NCBI GenBank assembly: GCA_964016885.1
Contig: OZ024746.1
Coordinates: forward strand, 73,346,001 to 73,410,000
Source: Eledone cirrhosa
Lineage: Eukaryota
DNA length: 64,000 bases
Reading direction: 5' to 3'
Position numbers and translations under genes: made by a program. Every line of letters starts with the position of its first letter. Within the stretch, counting starts at the first letter, position 1. The notes under the pieces are model-generated. The model searched no databases. It saw only the letters and a program-made list of their open reading frames with translations, and had not been told where the DNA came from. Shown in pieces: positions 39,824-54,548 of this stretch.

Positions 39824-40018
39824 ATGAGCTGTGGAATACAGTACTTACATTAAACATTTTCGATTTTTGTTTTACTGTATATACAAGAGACATAGTAGAA
39901 TTCTTTATATATATATATATACATATATATAAAGAATTCTACTATGTCTCTTGTATATACAGTAAAACAATAATCGAAAATGTTTAATGTAAGTACTGTA
40001 TTCCACAGCTCATTACAT
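39819..40018. repeat. Near-perfect 200-bp palindrome with a (TA)-rich centre
   Basis: atgtaatgagctgtggaatacagtac...gtactgtattccacagctcattacat. Confidence 0.9.
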
Positions 40019-41104
40019 GTCTCTTCCAAATACAAATGTATCTATATTTGCTCCTACTATAACAGAAAAGAATAAATATCTCTTTTGTTCATTCTTGTAC
40101 TTCATTGAAAATTTTTGTTCTTTTATATATTGATCCTATAATAATAATTCACTGAAAATGGGGCAGGAATCTCCGAAATGGGCCTGTTTGTGGTTATAGA
40201 GGAACTGGAATTTAAAGATAATTTATTAAAATGTGAACAGAATGTATCATTTAAATATACAACCCGACATTTTTCTTTTGTCTGATATTATTACTGCATG
40301 ACAGGGCAGCTCTCATCTCTCAACTTATCTTTTCTCACTTGACCAATACCTGCTGCCTACTCCAGTAGAATTTAACTTTGTTATTTAAACACCTATGCTA
40401 AAATTGTTATATAAATAACTAACTGTACTTGATGAACAGCAAGACAACTCAGACTCAAACAATGACTTCTCTGAAATTTAGCCAATAGTAGCATCGCTAA
40501 GATAACATATAGAACAATAATTAGAAAGGTGACTGTGTGTATGAGAGACAATAATAGCAATAATTCAACCATTCACTCAGTGGTAGTGCTTTGTTTTAAA
40601 TGTATAAGAAAAAAGACAATAGAAAGGGCTTCACCGTCTTTGGTATTTTGGGAGGTAATCATTAAAGATCTCTTCGATGCATAACTTTACATAATCGATG
40701 TTCTTAGTGGTAATTTTCCAGAAGGAGAGTAAAAAAATGAGTATATCGTTGTAATAAAATTGATTTTATCTCAATCTATTAAGAGATACTTGAGACAAAC
40801 ACTGCTATTTTAGAGTTGTCACTTTGCCAAATCTATCTCTAGAAGTCTTTTAACAGATCGTTACTTTGAATGAACAAGTCAATATAAAATCTGCAACATG
40901 CAAAATTAATGTGAATCAAGTCGACAGATCATAAAGGTATTATTTAAGCCGTTCTGTTACTTATTTGCGGCTCAAATAAACTTTTAATCAGCATAAACCT
41001 GTGTAGTTTAGTGTAATATGTAAAAGCAGAATGTATATATTTATTAGGATAAATAAATGCGTCGGTAAGAATCAGATTTGGAATAAAGGTAAGATAACGT
41101 ATGC

Positions 41105-41320
41105 CATTGTTGTTTAGTCCCAAAACAATTCTGACTGTGTAAGTATAGGATGATCAAAGGCATTTCAACCTTAACCTCCCTCTCTTCCCCTCGAGTATTG
41201 TATATCTAATACTACATTATCTAATGTGTCACTCTTTTCAAGATACTAAAGCGTAATTTATGAGAGATTTGGTTGCTATTTCTAGAAGGGACCACATAGA
41301 GACGATCTCTCGTTAGTTCA
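41105..41320 (-). mobile_element. Second dispersed repeat family, probably a SINE with an (AAC)n tail (also ~30590-30790, 45200-45345, 47270-47460)
   Basis: Shared segments gttgttgtttag..., actacattatctaatgtgt and gagatttggytgctatttctag. Confidence 0.55.
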
Positions 41321-41962
41321 CTGTATACTGTAACATTCTAGGGTGAATCACAGTCTAATATTTATCGATATGAAACTTATAATAATTGTTTCTACATTTG
41401 GCACAAGGCCAGCAATTACCCAGTGCATTACTGATACTTTATTTTATCGACCCCCGTAAGGATGAAAGGCAAAGTTGTAATAATAATATACACAGTACGT
41501 CATTTCAATTTTAGTATATGAACTGTCGACGCAAGTACATATACACCATACATCAATTTTTTTGTATATATCCATATTACATATATGATAATGCCATGGG
41601 AAAAATAGAAGTACTGAGCTGATCCTCCTGTCAGGTTGTTCTCTAAATCTCAGAACAATAAACTGCTCTGTTGCAAAGTTCGTATTAATTTTAATTATTT
41701 AGAGAAAAAAATAATGAAAATTAATACCCAGCAGAGATCAACAGGAATAATTACATGGTCAGACATTCTTAGTGGTTTTATAATGATTCTTCTATTTCTA
41801 AGCAGTTACCAAAGTTATAAGCAGTTATCATTGCTTATAAGAATCGGTACTATGTGTGAGAGTATATTTTACTGAAAGTAAACAAATGTCGGAAATAATT
41901 AGAGAACCGAACAAATGCATGTAACTATGGGGCGAACTGAAGACTAAAAACCAATGTGTTGT

Positions 41963-42040
<78 letters not shown>

Positions 42041-42069
42041 GATATTAAACAAATGGAAACTAAATGGAA

Positions 42070-42105
<36 letters not shown>

Positions 42106-42205
42106 TAAAAAATTATATAAAAATTATATTTAAAAAAAATTAACAAAGAAGCCTTAAAACATTAAAAATCTTTAATTGCTGACAATGTTTCGTTATCTTA
42201 TATAT

Positions 42206-42392
42206 GAGGGCGGTGAATTGGCAGTATCGGTAGAGGGTTGGACGCCATGCTTTCTAGTATAGTTACGTCCCTTTACAGTCTGAGTTCAAATCCCGCCGAG
42301 GTTAACTTTGCCTTTCATCCTTACGGGGTCGATAAAATAAAGTACCAGTAATGTACTGGGTAATTGCTGGCCTTGTGCCTAAAGTAGAAATA
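42206..42392 (+). mobile_element. Full-length tRNA-derived SINE with 14-bp TSD
   Basis: GTTATCTTATATAT at 42192-42205 and 42393-42406. A and B boxes intact. Confidence 0.9.
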
Positions 42393-42399
42393 GTTATCT

Positions 42400-42436
<37 letters not shown>

Positions 42437-42718
42437 CTGTGTGTGTGTGTGTGTTTGTGTGTGTCTGTGTGTGTGTGAAGGTAGATGAGGTTTTGTTTGT
42501 GTATATCAGGAATGAATGCTTAAACAAGAAACCAGCTTATCAGAGAGTTTGACTCGACGGTATCCTTTGAATCGTATAGCATAAATATCCAAGGCACGGG
42601 AATAGGGTATATAGGTCCAGAAGAGATAAAGGAGTATATTAATATAAACAAGTATTGCACCAAGAAAAATATAAACGTCGGTACACAGACGTTTATATTT
42701 TTCTTGGTGCAATACTTG

Positions 42719-42779
<61 letters not shown>

Positions 42780-43206
42780 GAGAGGTATAGAGATTGTTTT
42801 AGCGAGAAGCTAACAGCATTCTATAACATATATGCGACTATAACGTCAAGATGGGAAAAGTAGTTAACGTAAGATTTAGGAAAAATAATTCAAACTCATC
42901 CTAAAAGAGAATCAGGATACAAATTCATCCACAGAATTTAGTGCAATCCAGGGAAAAATCAATAGACCTTTAACTCATGATAAAATAAAGTTTAAAACAC
43001 TTATCCTTCAATTTGGAATAACATCAAATGCTCTGTATAGTCTTAAAAGACTATTTCATGAAAACTTTCAGTGGAGATGGTCACGGTTGGATTTCATTCA
43101 TCAGCAGAGCTCAACAGAAAACCAGGGCTCTCACAGTATTATAATCCGAAAAAGGGAATTCTAAAACTGGCTAGTTCGCCATCATGTGTATATATATATA
43201 TATATA

Positions 43207-43820
43207 TTGTTATGCTTTGGGAGGGTCATGTTGCCAATAAGAAACACACGCACCAGTTGCTTTCACTTCAATTTATTATAAATTAAATTTATAAATTTAG
43301 GAATTTATAAATTTCCGGTTGGCTCGTTGGTTCCACAACCAGACGATTGTTAATATATTGTCAAAGTTCTTTCGTCACACATTCTGTGACCTCTTCAGTG
43401 ACTGGGATTATTTTCTTTGTTTTGTGCCCCTCCTTTGTTCTGTTCACCCTAGAGCGTTACAGTATACAGTGAACTAACGAGAGATCGTCTCTATGTGGTC
43501 CCTTCTAGAAATAGGAACCAAATCTCTCATAAATTACGCTTTAGTATCTTGAAAAGAGTGACACATTAGATGGCGTAGGACAGAACAAAGGAGAAGCACA
43601 AACACAAAGAAAATAATCCCCAGTCACTAAAGAGGTCACAGAATGTGTGACGAAAGAACTTTGACAATATATGAACAATCGTCTGATTGGGGAACCAACC
43701 AGCCAACCGGAAATTTATAAATTCTTAAATTTATAAATTTAATTTATAATAAATTGAAGCGAAAACAACTGGTGCGTGTGTTTCTTATTGGCAACATGAC
43801 CCTCCCAAAGCATAACAATA
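43207..43820. mobile_element. Head-to-head pair of family E pLTRs with a captured 129-bp spacer
   Basis: Arms 43207-43442 and 43568-43820 match 23238-23482. Hammerhead intact at 43360-43402 (-) and mutated (CTAAAGA) at 43623-43665 (+). Confidence 0.88.
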
Positions 43821-43875
43821 TCGGTTTCAACACACGTTTTCAGATAAAGAACCTTGCTAAACAAATTCAGAAACG

Positions 43876-43933
<58 letters not shown>

Positions 43934-45503
43934 AAGGGTGTGGTAAAAACCAGCTAAACCATAACCCACCATATTCAAGACCCCGAACGGCTGAGCTGAA
44001 TCTTTTCATATATATATATATATATATATACCAGAAATATAATAAATGCAACCTATATAAATAGATACTCTCCTTAAGTAGTAATAAGTGTGATTAGATT
44101 TAGCTATAAATAATAAATTCACTTTCTCGTCTTACTATAACTTCATTTCTCTTCCGATGCCAATTTCCTTGAAGAAAGTATGAACGTCATAATTTTTCTT
44201 TTTTACACCTTTTTTTTTTACATCTCTTAAAAAACAGAGGCCTTATTTCTAGTCAAGAGAAACCAATATATTGGAAGAAATTATTTTATGGATTGATAAG
44301 GACATGATAAGTTCAGAAATAATTTGGCAAACTTGAAAGCTGTGGAAATTAGAAAAATGTGCTAGATGAGAAGTAACTATATTTCTTAACTCTACATTAA
44401 AAAAACATCATAGTTTAGAACGATTCCTGTTTCTAGAAAACGCTAAAGTTTGAAATATAGCACACGATATTATCACTAAATATTATTACAGATGGAAAAA
44501 GTGATACCAATTGCCAAAGATAGTTGTCAAAATATATTGAATTTGGGATTAGTTCCTTTAGCTATGGTTGGTGTTTCAAGATTACATCTTTTTTGAATGC
44601 GATCTTTTCTCTATCGTTCCAATTATGAATTGAATTAGAACAATACACAGTATAGGGTTGTTATCAATGACTATTTCTATAATTTCTTTCTCTTTTAAAA
44701 AAATGTTTCTCATCTAAAACAAAATAGTAACCTCATCATTCTCACTTCAAAAGATAAGGAAAAGATCATCAGCAATTCGGAAAACAATTGATTCGAATCT
44801 GTGACAGTTACAGGTTTCACGTTCAGATGATTAGATTTTGCTATCTACTTATTCCTTGATTATATTAGAAATAATTGTTTCTACTTTTACCCAGTGCATT
44901 ACTGGTACTTTATTTTATCGAACTAGCCGCTCTGCAAAGGTTCACACTTCAGTAATTATCAATTCAGCACACAAAGAATATTATATTTATCATTCACATT
45001 ACAAATTAGCAGAACACGAGACCTGAGATCGTAAGAATAACTTATATTGATCTCATGGTCAGCATATGAAATGTCTAAGAGTTGTCTGGGTGACACTTGG
45101 GAGTTACAATGAAACGTGAGTTGGCTGCTATATCAATTGGATATAATCGCCCTACTTCGATCAAAAAAATGAAACTTATCTGTAATATAGTGTTTGTGTT
45201 ATTGTTGTTTAGCACCGGTCAGCTCTGACTACATTATATAAGATGTTCTCTTTTTCTCTATAATGGCGGGGATATGATATAAAGGATATTGGGCTGCTAT
45301 TTCTAGCAGGTTAAATTACTATGTAGAATCTCCCTCATTGGTTTGTATCAATTACGTATCTTTTATATGCTAAGTTCAAATACTATCAAGGTCTGCTTTC
45401 ACTTTCATCTTCCGAGGTCGATTAAATAAGTATTTATAAGTTACTGGTTAGATAAAATCAACCGCATTCCTCAACCAAATATTATATATTATTATAAGTA
45501 ATA

Positions 45504-45690
45504 GGGCGGTCAATTGGCAGTATTGGTAGAGGGTCAGACATGCTTTCCAGCGTAGTTACGTCCCTTTACGATCTGAGTTCAAATCCCACCGAGGTTAACT
45601 TTGCCTTTCATCCTTACAGGGTCGATAAAATAAAGTACCAGTAATACACTGGGTAATTGCTGGCCTTGTGCCAAAAGTAGAAACAATTAT
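45504..45690 (+). mobile_element. Full-length tRNA-derived SINE with 15-bp TSD
   Basis: ATTATTATAAGTAAT at 45488-45502 and 45686-45700. Confidence 0.9.
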
Positions 45691-46200
45691 TATAAGTAAT
45701 TTAATTTCAGTTTGCGGACTGCTATTGTATTACCCTACGTTATTAAAATAAAACCATCCCAAAGTTTACAGCTGATAGGTATAAAATAATTAATCAGCAA
45801 AGAGTAACGAGGAAAATGTAAGAAAGGCGGTTCCTATAATATTTATTAGGTGTTAGCACTCTAAGTCAAATCATCACATTAGAATGTTGCTACTTGATGG
45901 TAAAAACGAATCCTTTAATATCCGTCACGTTTCATGCCAATTTAAGAAACACAGTTCATTCATTAATAATATGGTTTGATTTACAAGATCTTATTCTTAA
46001 TATAACGTGCAGAAACTTACACTTTCCAATCGTCGTCATCTTATGTGATGGTTGTTGAACTATTCTAGAGTGCAATAACGATAGTGTTATAGCAAATTAA
46101 ACGTTTCATTTAAGTGGTTGTCTTCCTTTTCAGCAATATATTCGCTTTATAGATCTTTGTTTCAAACTGTTAGTAGTAAGTTGTTTTTGTTTGTTTACTT

Positions 46201-46248
<48 letters not shown>

Positions 46249-46382
46249 GTGAGGTTTTTTTTTACAAAATGAAAAATAACCGAGGTGTCCTACACGAGTG
46301 AAAGTATAAAGAAAAAGAGATGAAATCGAAAATGCAACTGGAGTCTTATTTTTTTTTTAAATATATATATATTTATTTGGTT

Positions 46383-46420
46383 CCTTTACCGGTTTCGCAG
46401 TTCTTCTGCTTTTCAAAAGG
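46383..46420 (-). ncRNA. Family B U3-A8 hammerhead
   Basis: Reverse complement of the 10601-10638 motif. Confidence 0.7.
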
Positions 46421-46443
46421 TGAGTTGAGATGGAGGGTCTGTG

Positions 46444-46517
<74 letters not shown>

Positions 46518-46565
46518 ATACATATATATATTGTATATATATATATATATTGTATACATATATAT

Positions 46566-46601
<36 letters not shown>

Positions 46602-48209
46602 CGTTTTTTTCTAGCATGAAATTCTATTTTCTCACTCAAAAGGTCCTTCACCCAATGCCTTAGGAGATGTTGAGTTAAAAAGATTACAAGGAGTGATAAC
46701 TTATTTAGAATTAAACGGTATTGTCTGATTTTAGAGAGTGAAATGTTTATCGATTTTTACAGTTGTTGCATGCGAGGTTTAGATGAGGCAATGCCTGGAA
46801 AATAATTAACATTACTGTGTTAGCGGTAACTGTAAATAAAATATCTCAGGCTTGAAGCTATCTGATGGAACAATCAAAGATTAAAATCAGTAGAATACAG
46901 TAGTTAGCCTATTTCTAGCCCACCTATTATCTATAGAAAACTACTGAAGATTGCAGATGATTTAATATTGCAGTTTAATATTAGTTTGTTTGGGTTTTCT
47001 ACGTTTTTGGTAAATATATACTTTTTGCAATATAAAGATTAAATTAAAGATGTTTTCCCTTTTATTATTATTTCTATTTTATTTTGCACTTTAGAAACAA
47101 TATAAATTCCCATTTCCTCTTTTCTTAAACAGTGAAGTAATAGAAGTAAAATAAGAGAAACAAAATTCGATAAATGCACGATAATATACTGCTTATTTAT
47201 TCAGAGTTGTGTTGTTGTTGATATTCTTGTTGATGCCGTTAACGATGATGATGGTGATGATGGTATGAATCCTTTTGTCAGCTCTGATCAAGTAGAGCTA
47301 GGAAGAAAGGTGTTCCAAACGTGACAAACCAGCCTTTTCTTTTCAGAAATGATGTATATAAAACTACATATAACTACTTTGTATATAAAACTACATTATC
47401 TAATGTGTTCTTCCTATTTTGAAATGGTAGGGTATTATTTAAGAGAGATTTATCGCAGAAGATTCCTTGTATATTCATTATATATTCTGAATAGACAACG
47501 TAAGAAATAGCTATTTGTATTCTGTATCAATATTTGTTCAATAGATTATAATAGAAGATTGCGCTGTGGAGGCTGGAAGGTAGCAGAATGATAAGGTTTT
47601 CATACTATAAGATTAAGTGCTATTAGTTAGTAAGTTGCTCATGCAAATATGCTGTGTTTTTCATTTGAGCACAATCTACCTAGCTGCATATAGGTAAATA
47701 TATCATGACTGGAACAATGCATGCCATAATCAGAAAAGGAAGACATTATATCATTTTCGAAAGCTTTGTTCGCTTGCAGTGTTGAGTTCAATAACCTTTA
47801 ATCAGCGAATAACATGTCTCTCATCCGTTGTATACCATAAAGGCTGGGATTAGGACCTTAAGTGTCAATAATCTATGCATGATATCTGGCACAGACAGGT
47901 AATGCACAAGACAGAGGTATCTATAAAAACACAGTCATTTCATATTTCGTTTAATCATCAAACCCACTCCAATATTACTGGACCAGACCGTAGCTATATT
48001 TTGATTAAACTACAAGAAATTATTGAATCAATTATGAAGATAACATCGTAGACCGATGATACTTTTTCGAACCTCAATATTCCAATAAAACAGGATAAAA
48101 CTGTAATATCTTTAAATGAATGAGAAATATTTTTTTTATGTTGCAAGTAACATTTCTCAGATCTACTACCTATACTCAGCTGCTAGAGGAATTTTAATTT
48201 CGTACACTC

Positions 48210-48399
48210 TAATAATTGTTTCTACTTTTGGCACAAGGCCAGCAATTATCCCAGTGCATTACTGGTACTTTATTTTATCGACCCCAAGGATGAAAAGCAA
48301 AGTTAATCTCGGTGAGATTTGAACTCAGATCGTAATGGCCCGTAACTTTATGCTGCAAATCATGGCGTCCGACTCTCTACCGATACTGCCAATCCACCG
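48210..48399 (-). mobile_element. tRNA-derived SINE with imperfect TSD
   Basis: Flanks cgtacactctaataat / cgtacatctaataat. Confidence 0.85.
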
Positions 48400-49190
48400 C
48401 GTACATCTAATAATAAGTTATATTTATAGTCCTTCTAGACCCTGCTAATTGATGTATCGATTCGAGTAATATTCAGGTTGAACTTCTGTAGATTTATGTT
48501 TTGTAAGAAAGCATTGGCTGGAGGTGGGAAGAAGGTTCACAGTGTATTACATTTCTGGGGAGAAACACTGGGTAAAGCTTACACTATAGTCTCTGGAAGA
48601 CCCCACAAGACTTCTCCAAGACAAAGAAACTTTTAATCCTTTCTTGTTCTTATTGTCGGAGGTGGATAGCCTCGTGTCACCTCTACTCGGGCACTTCAGA
48701 GACAGAGGAGGCTTATATGCGCATTGCTATCCACGGCTGTGTCTACGCCAACAAATGGTAAACAGATTACTGTTAACATAATTTTAATTTACCGAAATAT
48801 ACCATTGTTACTGTAAGATGTCATTCAGGAACATGGTAATGACAGTGAATCACCGGTAAATCTATATTCGTCTAGCTTATTTGAGAAATTATGGTGTGAT
48901 ATACTGACCTAATAATATAATTTTATTGGTTTCGACATAGGTGCGTCAATATTCGTGGCTGTTACAAGACCAGCAAGCAAACCAGTGATTTATGCGTGCC
49001 GGTGGTTGGTTTAACAGGAGATGAGTATACAGTTAGAAGAGAATGCATGGTCTGACTCATTCTTGAGTGATATATCAGGGTCTGAGGTAGAGTAGAGGCG
49101 TATGACCTGGCTCCAATGCTGGTTTTGATTTGCTGAATGTATTTAATTACAGGTTAGGGCAATCGACAGTCATATATATATATATATTCA

Positions 49191-49393
<203 letters not shown>

Positions 49394-49405
49394 ATAACAG
49401 ATTAA

Positions 49406-49456
49406 AGTTTAAGCAAAGAATTGCTGCTTTCACCCTTAACGGGATCTTCTGAAACT
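49406..49456 (-). ncRNA. Family G hammerhead-like motif with CAGAAGA core
   Basis: Identical to 62828-62878, in a short insert between (TA)n tracts. A diverged copy is at 59723-59772. Confidence 0.55.
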
Positions 49457-50033
49457 AAAAATATCAATCTGTGAACGCAGAAGTAAATATATATATATTG
49501 ATGAGTAACTATCATCATATGACGGATAATTTTGTGACTATACTTTAACCATTGGAAATGACATCAAGTAATGTTGCATAGATATAGAGCAACAGAGCGA
49601 AGGAGGTAGGAAATAAAAGTAAGAGAGGGGGAACGGTTCCCTTTACACATTTATTCTCATCTCTTAATTTTCCGCGTTTTTATTGAAAACAACAAAAACA
49701 ATATCGTGTAGAGTTGGTGGAGATGACAGAAGTCGGACAAAAAATAGCAACAACTTCAATTTTCTATCTACCTGTCTACGCACATATCTGTCTATTTACC
49801 TACCAATTTATCTATCTTCGGATAACAACAATAACAAACTGACTATCCACAGGATTGTTCATCTCTCATACTTTTTTCTTTATTGGTGCTGTTGTTGATG
49901 TTGTCACGCTAACATCACGCTGCATATGATGAGTATAATTGATTTAAATGAATGTAAAATCAAATATTCCAGCGATAAAAAATAATTGTCATCTATTATT
50001 ATGGTCATTCACGTTGAGATGCACACATCCCAA

Positions 50034-50088
<55 letters not shown>

Positions 50089-51026
50089 TGTTGTGACGTG
50101 AATATGTAGCTAACACAAAGCTTCTTATCGAACTATTTTTCATTTAATAATTTTGTAAATATATTATTTAGCAGAGAAATGTTTAATATGGGTAATATTT
50201 AATGTAAAATAGATATAGAATTTCTTGCCGAACATTCAGTTTCAAAACATAGTAACAGTAGTAGTTATTACAAAGCATTTCATACGTGTTAAAATAGTTT
50301 TAATATTAGAATGGAAATTAAAGAGAGGGGTGCACTCATCCCACTGCTAGCCAGTAAGAGAGCTGTGAAAATGTCTTTCTGTAAAGATTCATAATTCATG
50401 TGCAACATATCACAGCTAATTAATTATTCGATCATTAAAAGCATGGTATCCAATTACAGTATATTTCACTATATCGTCACGCTAATACTCACAATAACAG
50501 CAATCATAAATCACATGTGAGCAATTATAAGGAATGTAAAACATCTAAATTGGCTTATGTAATCGAGTATATAATTTATGTTGAGAATAAATGCAGTTGG
50601 CAAATAGGATAAAGAGCCTCTCGTACAATACCCGGCCCGTGTGTAAATTGTAAGAAATTATGTATTTTTCAAAATGATGCGTCATATATTTTTTCTATGA
50701 ATGAGAGAACAAAAAATATAAATTTTGAATTCTATTTCATTTTTTATTTTTACACAATACGAGATCTGCCTTGTTCAAAACATAAAAATCTGTATATCGT
50801 TTTTAGAAAAGAAAAGCAAAAAAATAAATAAAAGATTGGGTATGGTGTATGATTTACCTAATTTAAAAAATTCGCTTATTAGTTTTGATAATTCAGGAAT
50901 GCCAAGTAAGATTTTTACATACACTTTTTTGATATTTTTAAACTGACATTTGAAACGAAAGTGCTCCCCATAAAGAAAAACATGGAACTTTGCTTTTTAT
51001 TATATTGTTATATATATATATATATA

Positions 51027-51523
51027 AGTTCAAATCCCACCGAGGTTAACTTTGCCTTTCATCCTTACGGGGTCGATAAAATAGAGTACCAATAACGTAC
51101 CGGGTTCGATTTAATCGACCTTCCCCTCTCTCCAAAATTGATGGCATTGTGCCTATATAAGAAACCATTATATTGATATATATGTATGTTCAAATCCCGC
51201 CGAGGTTAGCTTTGCCTTTCATCCTTAAGGGGTTGATAAAATAGAGTACCAGTAACGTCCCGGGTTCGATTAAATCGACCCTCCCCTATCTCCAAAAATT
51301 GTCAGCCTTGTGCCTAAATCAAAAACCATTATTAAGGGCGGTGGATTAGCAGTATCGATAGAGCTTCGGACAATATGCTTTGTGGCATATAGTTACGGCT
51401 TTCGTCCTTACGGGATCGATAAAATAAAGCCCCAGTAATGCACTGAGGTCGATTTAATCGACTTTCCCCTCCCCTTCTAATTGCTAGTCTTGTGCTTAAA
51501 GTAGAAACAATTATTATTATTAT
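51027..51523 (+). mobile_element. Three tandem SINE copies/fragments
   Basis: GTTCAAATCCC...GCCTTTCATCC starts at 51028 and 51188. A third copy with its head starts at ~51336. Confidence 0.82.
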
Positions 51524-52797
51524 CATTCTTATATAATTACTAGCTATGTGAGCTTATTTGTTGTCACGCTAAGGATATAGTTTAAAAGTAAAGGGTTGTC
51601 CAAAGTAAAATGTTCGATTATATGTTTTTCATACGCTTCTGGAAATCTATCGCACATTTTTCTTTCTTTTTTTTTGCAGTTTTATAGATAATATAACGTC
51701 TAGAAATCATGAGCTGTTGAGTACGAGGCTGTTTGTTAGTTATTATGTATTATATCATTATATTATATCATTATATTATATCAAATAAAGTACCAGTAAT
51801 GCACTGGGTAATTGCTGGCCTTGTGCCTAAAGTAGAAACAATTACTCTTTGTTGCAAATGTCCGATGATCCGTTGGAAGATTGTCGTACATGTTTGGCCA
51901 ATATAACAGTTTCAGTAATAAAGTTTACAATTTTCTTCACTAGGATGTTTTTCAACACGCTGACGCGTATGTGTGTATGTGCATACATTTATATGAATGA
52001 GTATATAAATATAAACATGCAAACACAGATACACTTACAAAATTACTCACTCAGACATACATTCACACAAACACACACATACATTCACACAAACACACAC
52101 ATACATTTACACAAAAATACATATACGTTCACACATACACAGCATAACAAATGGAATGCCAGCCACTATTTTGCTATAGTCTTTTCACCAACCCCTTCCT
52201 TCCTCTTACACACACATACATTCATGCAGGCAGCAGACGTAAAGAGAGAGGAGTAGTATGAGGTAGTCAAACTTCTCCTCTTTGCGTCTTTTGACAGAAT
52301 CGCAGAAATTTATCTAGAGATTACAATCGAATTTATAAATCCTATTAGTAATCAGCAGCTTATTTACGGGTTATTGATATATGATTCTAGTCAGTTTTAA
52401 CGTATTCTGTATTCTGTCTGATTTAAATCATTAATTTCACCACTATCACGTTTATCAATAGGAACTTTATCGATATCAGTTTATTGATACCCGTGCTATA
52501 AACAGCAGTTTCATCAAATAAAATTATATTAATATCAGTTTAAACTTTTAATACTAAATTAATTAATTTAGTATTTTTGTGCAGAATTTTTTTTGTAAAT
52601 AAAATCAATTTTATTAGTAATAATTTCAAAATTTTATTAGTAATAATTTCAATTTTTTCTGTATATGTTTTCTAGTGCGATTTATTGGTTCTCATATTGA
52701 TTGGTACCTTTTCAAATACTTTTATGTTTCTTTCTGCTCCTCCATGCTTCTGATCCATATCTACCATGTGTGTGTGGGTGCATATGTGTACATTTAC

Positions 52798-52869
<72 letters not shown>

Positions 52870-53009
52870 CATGTATATAGAATAGAAAACAAAAAATCAG
52901 TGATGCGTCTGAACTCAATTTATTGTGCTACAATTGTTTCCCCGGCGGACAGCTCGAGACGCGATCATTGTGTAGATCTGTCTGATTCTGGACCCGCAGA
53001 ATGTATATA

Positions 53010-53056
<47 letters not shown>

Positions 53057-53080
53057 TATATATATATATATATATATACA

Positions 53081-53132
<52 letters not shown>

Positions 53133-53188
53133 TATATATATATATATATATATTCAGTATATATATATACAGTATATATATATATACA

Positions 53189-53231
<43 letters not shown>

Positions 53232-53470
53232 ATAAGGAAAAGCGAAGTAGTTTCAGATGTTCAAGTCTTTTAATAATAATTGTTTCTACTGTTTGGCACA
53301 AGGCCAGCAATTATCCCATTGCATTACTGGTACTTTATTTTATCGACCCTGTAAGGATGAAAGGTAAAGTTATCCTAGGCGGCATTTGAACTCAGAATGG
53401 CAAGGGCCGTAACTCTATGCATCAAAGCATGGCGTCCAACCCTCTACCAATACTGCCAATTCACCATGAT

Positions 53471-53543
53471 GCTGTGATATATATTTCAATGACGACACTG
53501 GCCACACTGTTCTGTGTGCCAGTGTTGCGACATCGTCAGACAG
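53471..53543 (-). ncRNA. Type I hammerhead (family F)
   Basis: ctgt-CTGACGA-tgtcgcaacactggcacac...gtgtggccagtgtcgtcatt-GAAA-tatata-TC-acagc. Confidence 0.78.
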
Positions 53544-54474
53544 ATAAACCCCTATTTTCCTGCACCAAATCGCATTTGAACAGAAGCCCCCTCAATTCAA
53601 TCTATACATGGACAAATTGACAATCATATGGAGCATTTTGCATATATGTACTCTGCGCTTTTGCATTTATTCATTATTGGTTCTTTTCTTTTGTGTACTT
53701 TATATCGTTTTTTTTGGAGGGGGTGGGGTTGTTCCATGTGATGGAAATTATGACTATGTATCCGATTGACTACTGCCTTGAATACTGTAGTTTACCTTCC
53801 TTTCTACTGTACGACACTATCGTTCAATATGTGGATAGAGTAGCTGTGACATTAGAACCCCTCTCAGAACTTCTTACTTAAACATCTCTCTGCATATTAT
53901 TTACTCACTTCAATCTATGTTTGTTTACTCACCTCAATCCGGATTCTCACTTGAAATATTTTTTAATTTCTAATTGTTAATTTTTTAATTTTTTAATTTA
54001 TAATTTCTGATATTTGATTTAGGATTTTCGATTTTAAATTTTAATTTTTATTTCCAACTCTCACTCATAACTTCCAATGAAACCTAGAATTGAATATATT
54101 TTCTCTTAGGAGTAGATGGTCAGTTGTACTGTCCATGCTTGGTGAGAGGTAGTATTGGGACCTGTAAATACTAACACTCTCCCATCCCCTCTGGCTTTCG
54201 GCTGACTGCCACAGACGGGATGGGTAGCAGTAAACTATGGTACAGGCCTGAATGGGTCATTGTTTGGCTGAGAGGGGGAAGTGTCTAAGCGAATTTCGTT
54301 GAAATCTGCGGTAGCTAATGGTCAACTTCCTTCGGACATGCGCCTGCGCAGACCGGTGGGGGTAAATTGGTACTCACAGGGGAACGGATGAAGAACCCAA
54401 AAGCACACACTTCGTCCGTTCCCATGTCGATTCAATTTGGATTACCTCGGAAACATAACCTTATTATGTAACAA

Positions 54475-54548
54475 GCTGTCTGACGATGTCGCGACACTCG
54501 CACACAGTAGAGTGTGGCCAGTGTCGTCATTGAAATATATATCACAGC
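54475..54548 (+). ncRNA. Type I hammerhead (family F)
   Basis: gctgt-CTGACGA-[cgacact/agtgtcg, cacac/gtgtg stem II]-GAAA-tatata-TC-acagc. Confidence 0.82.

Noticed and set aside
48640-48730. VLIVGGG-like FAD-binding motif
   Set aside because: A stop codon follows immediately and there is no splice context.
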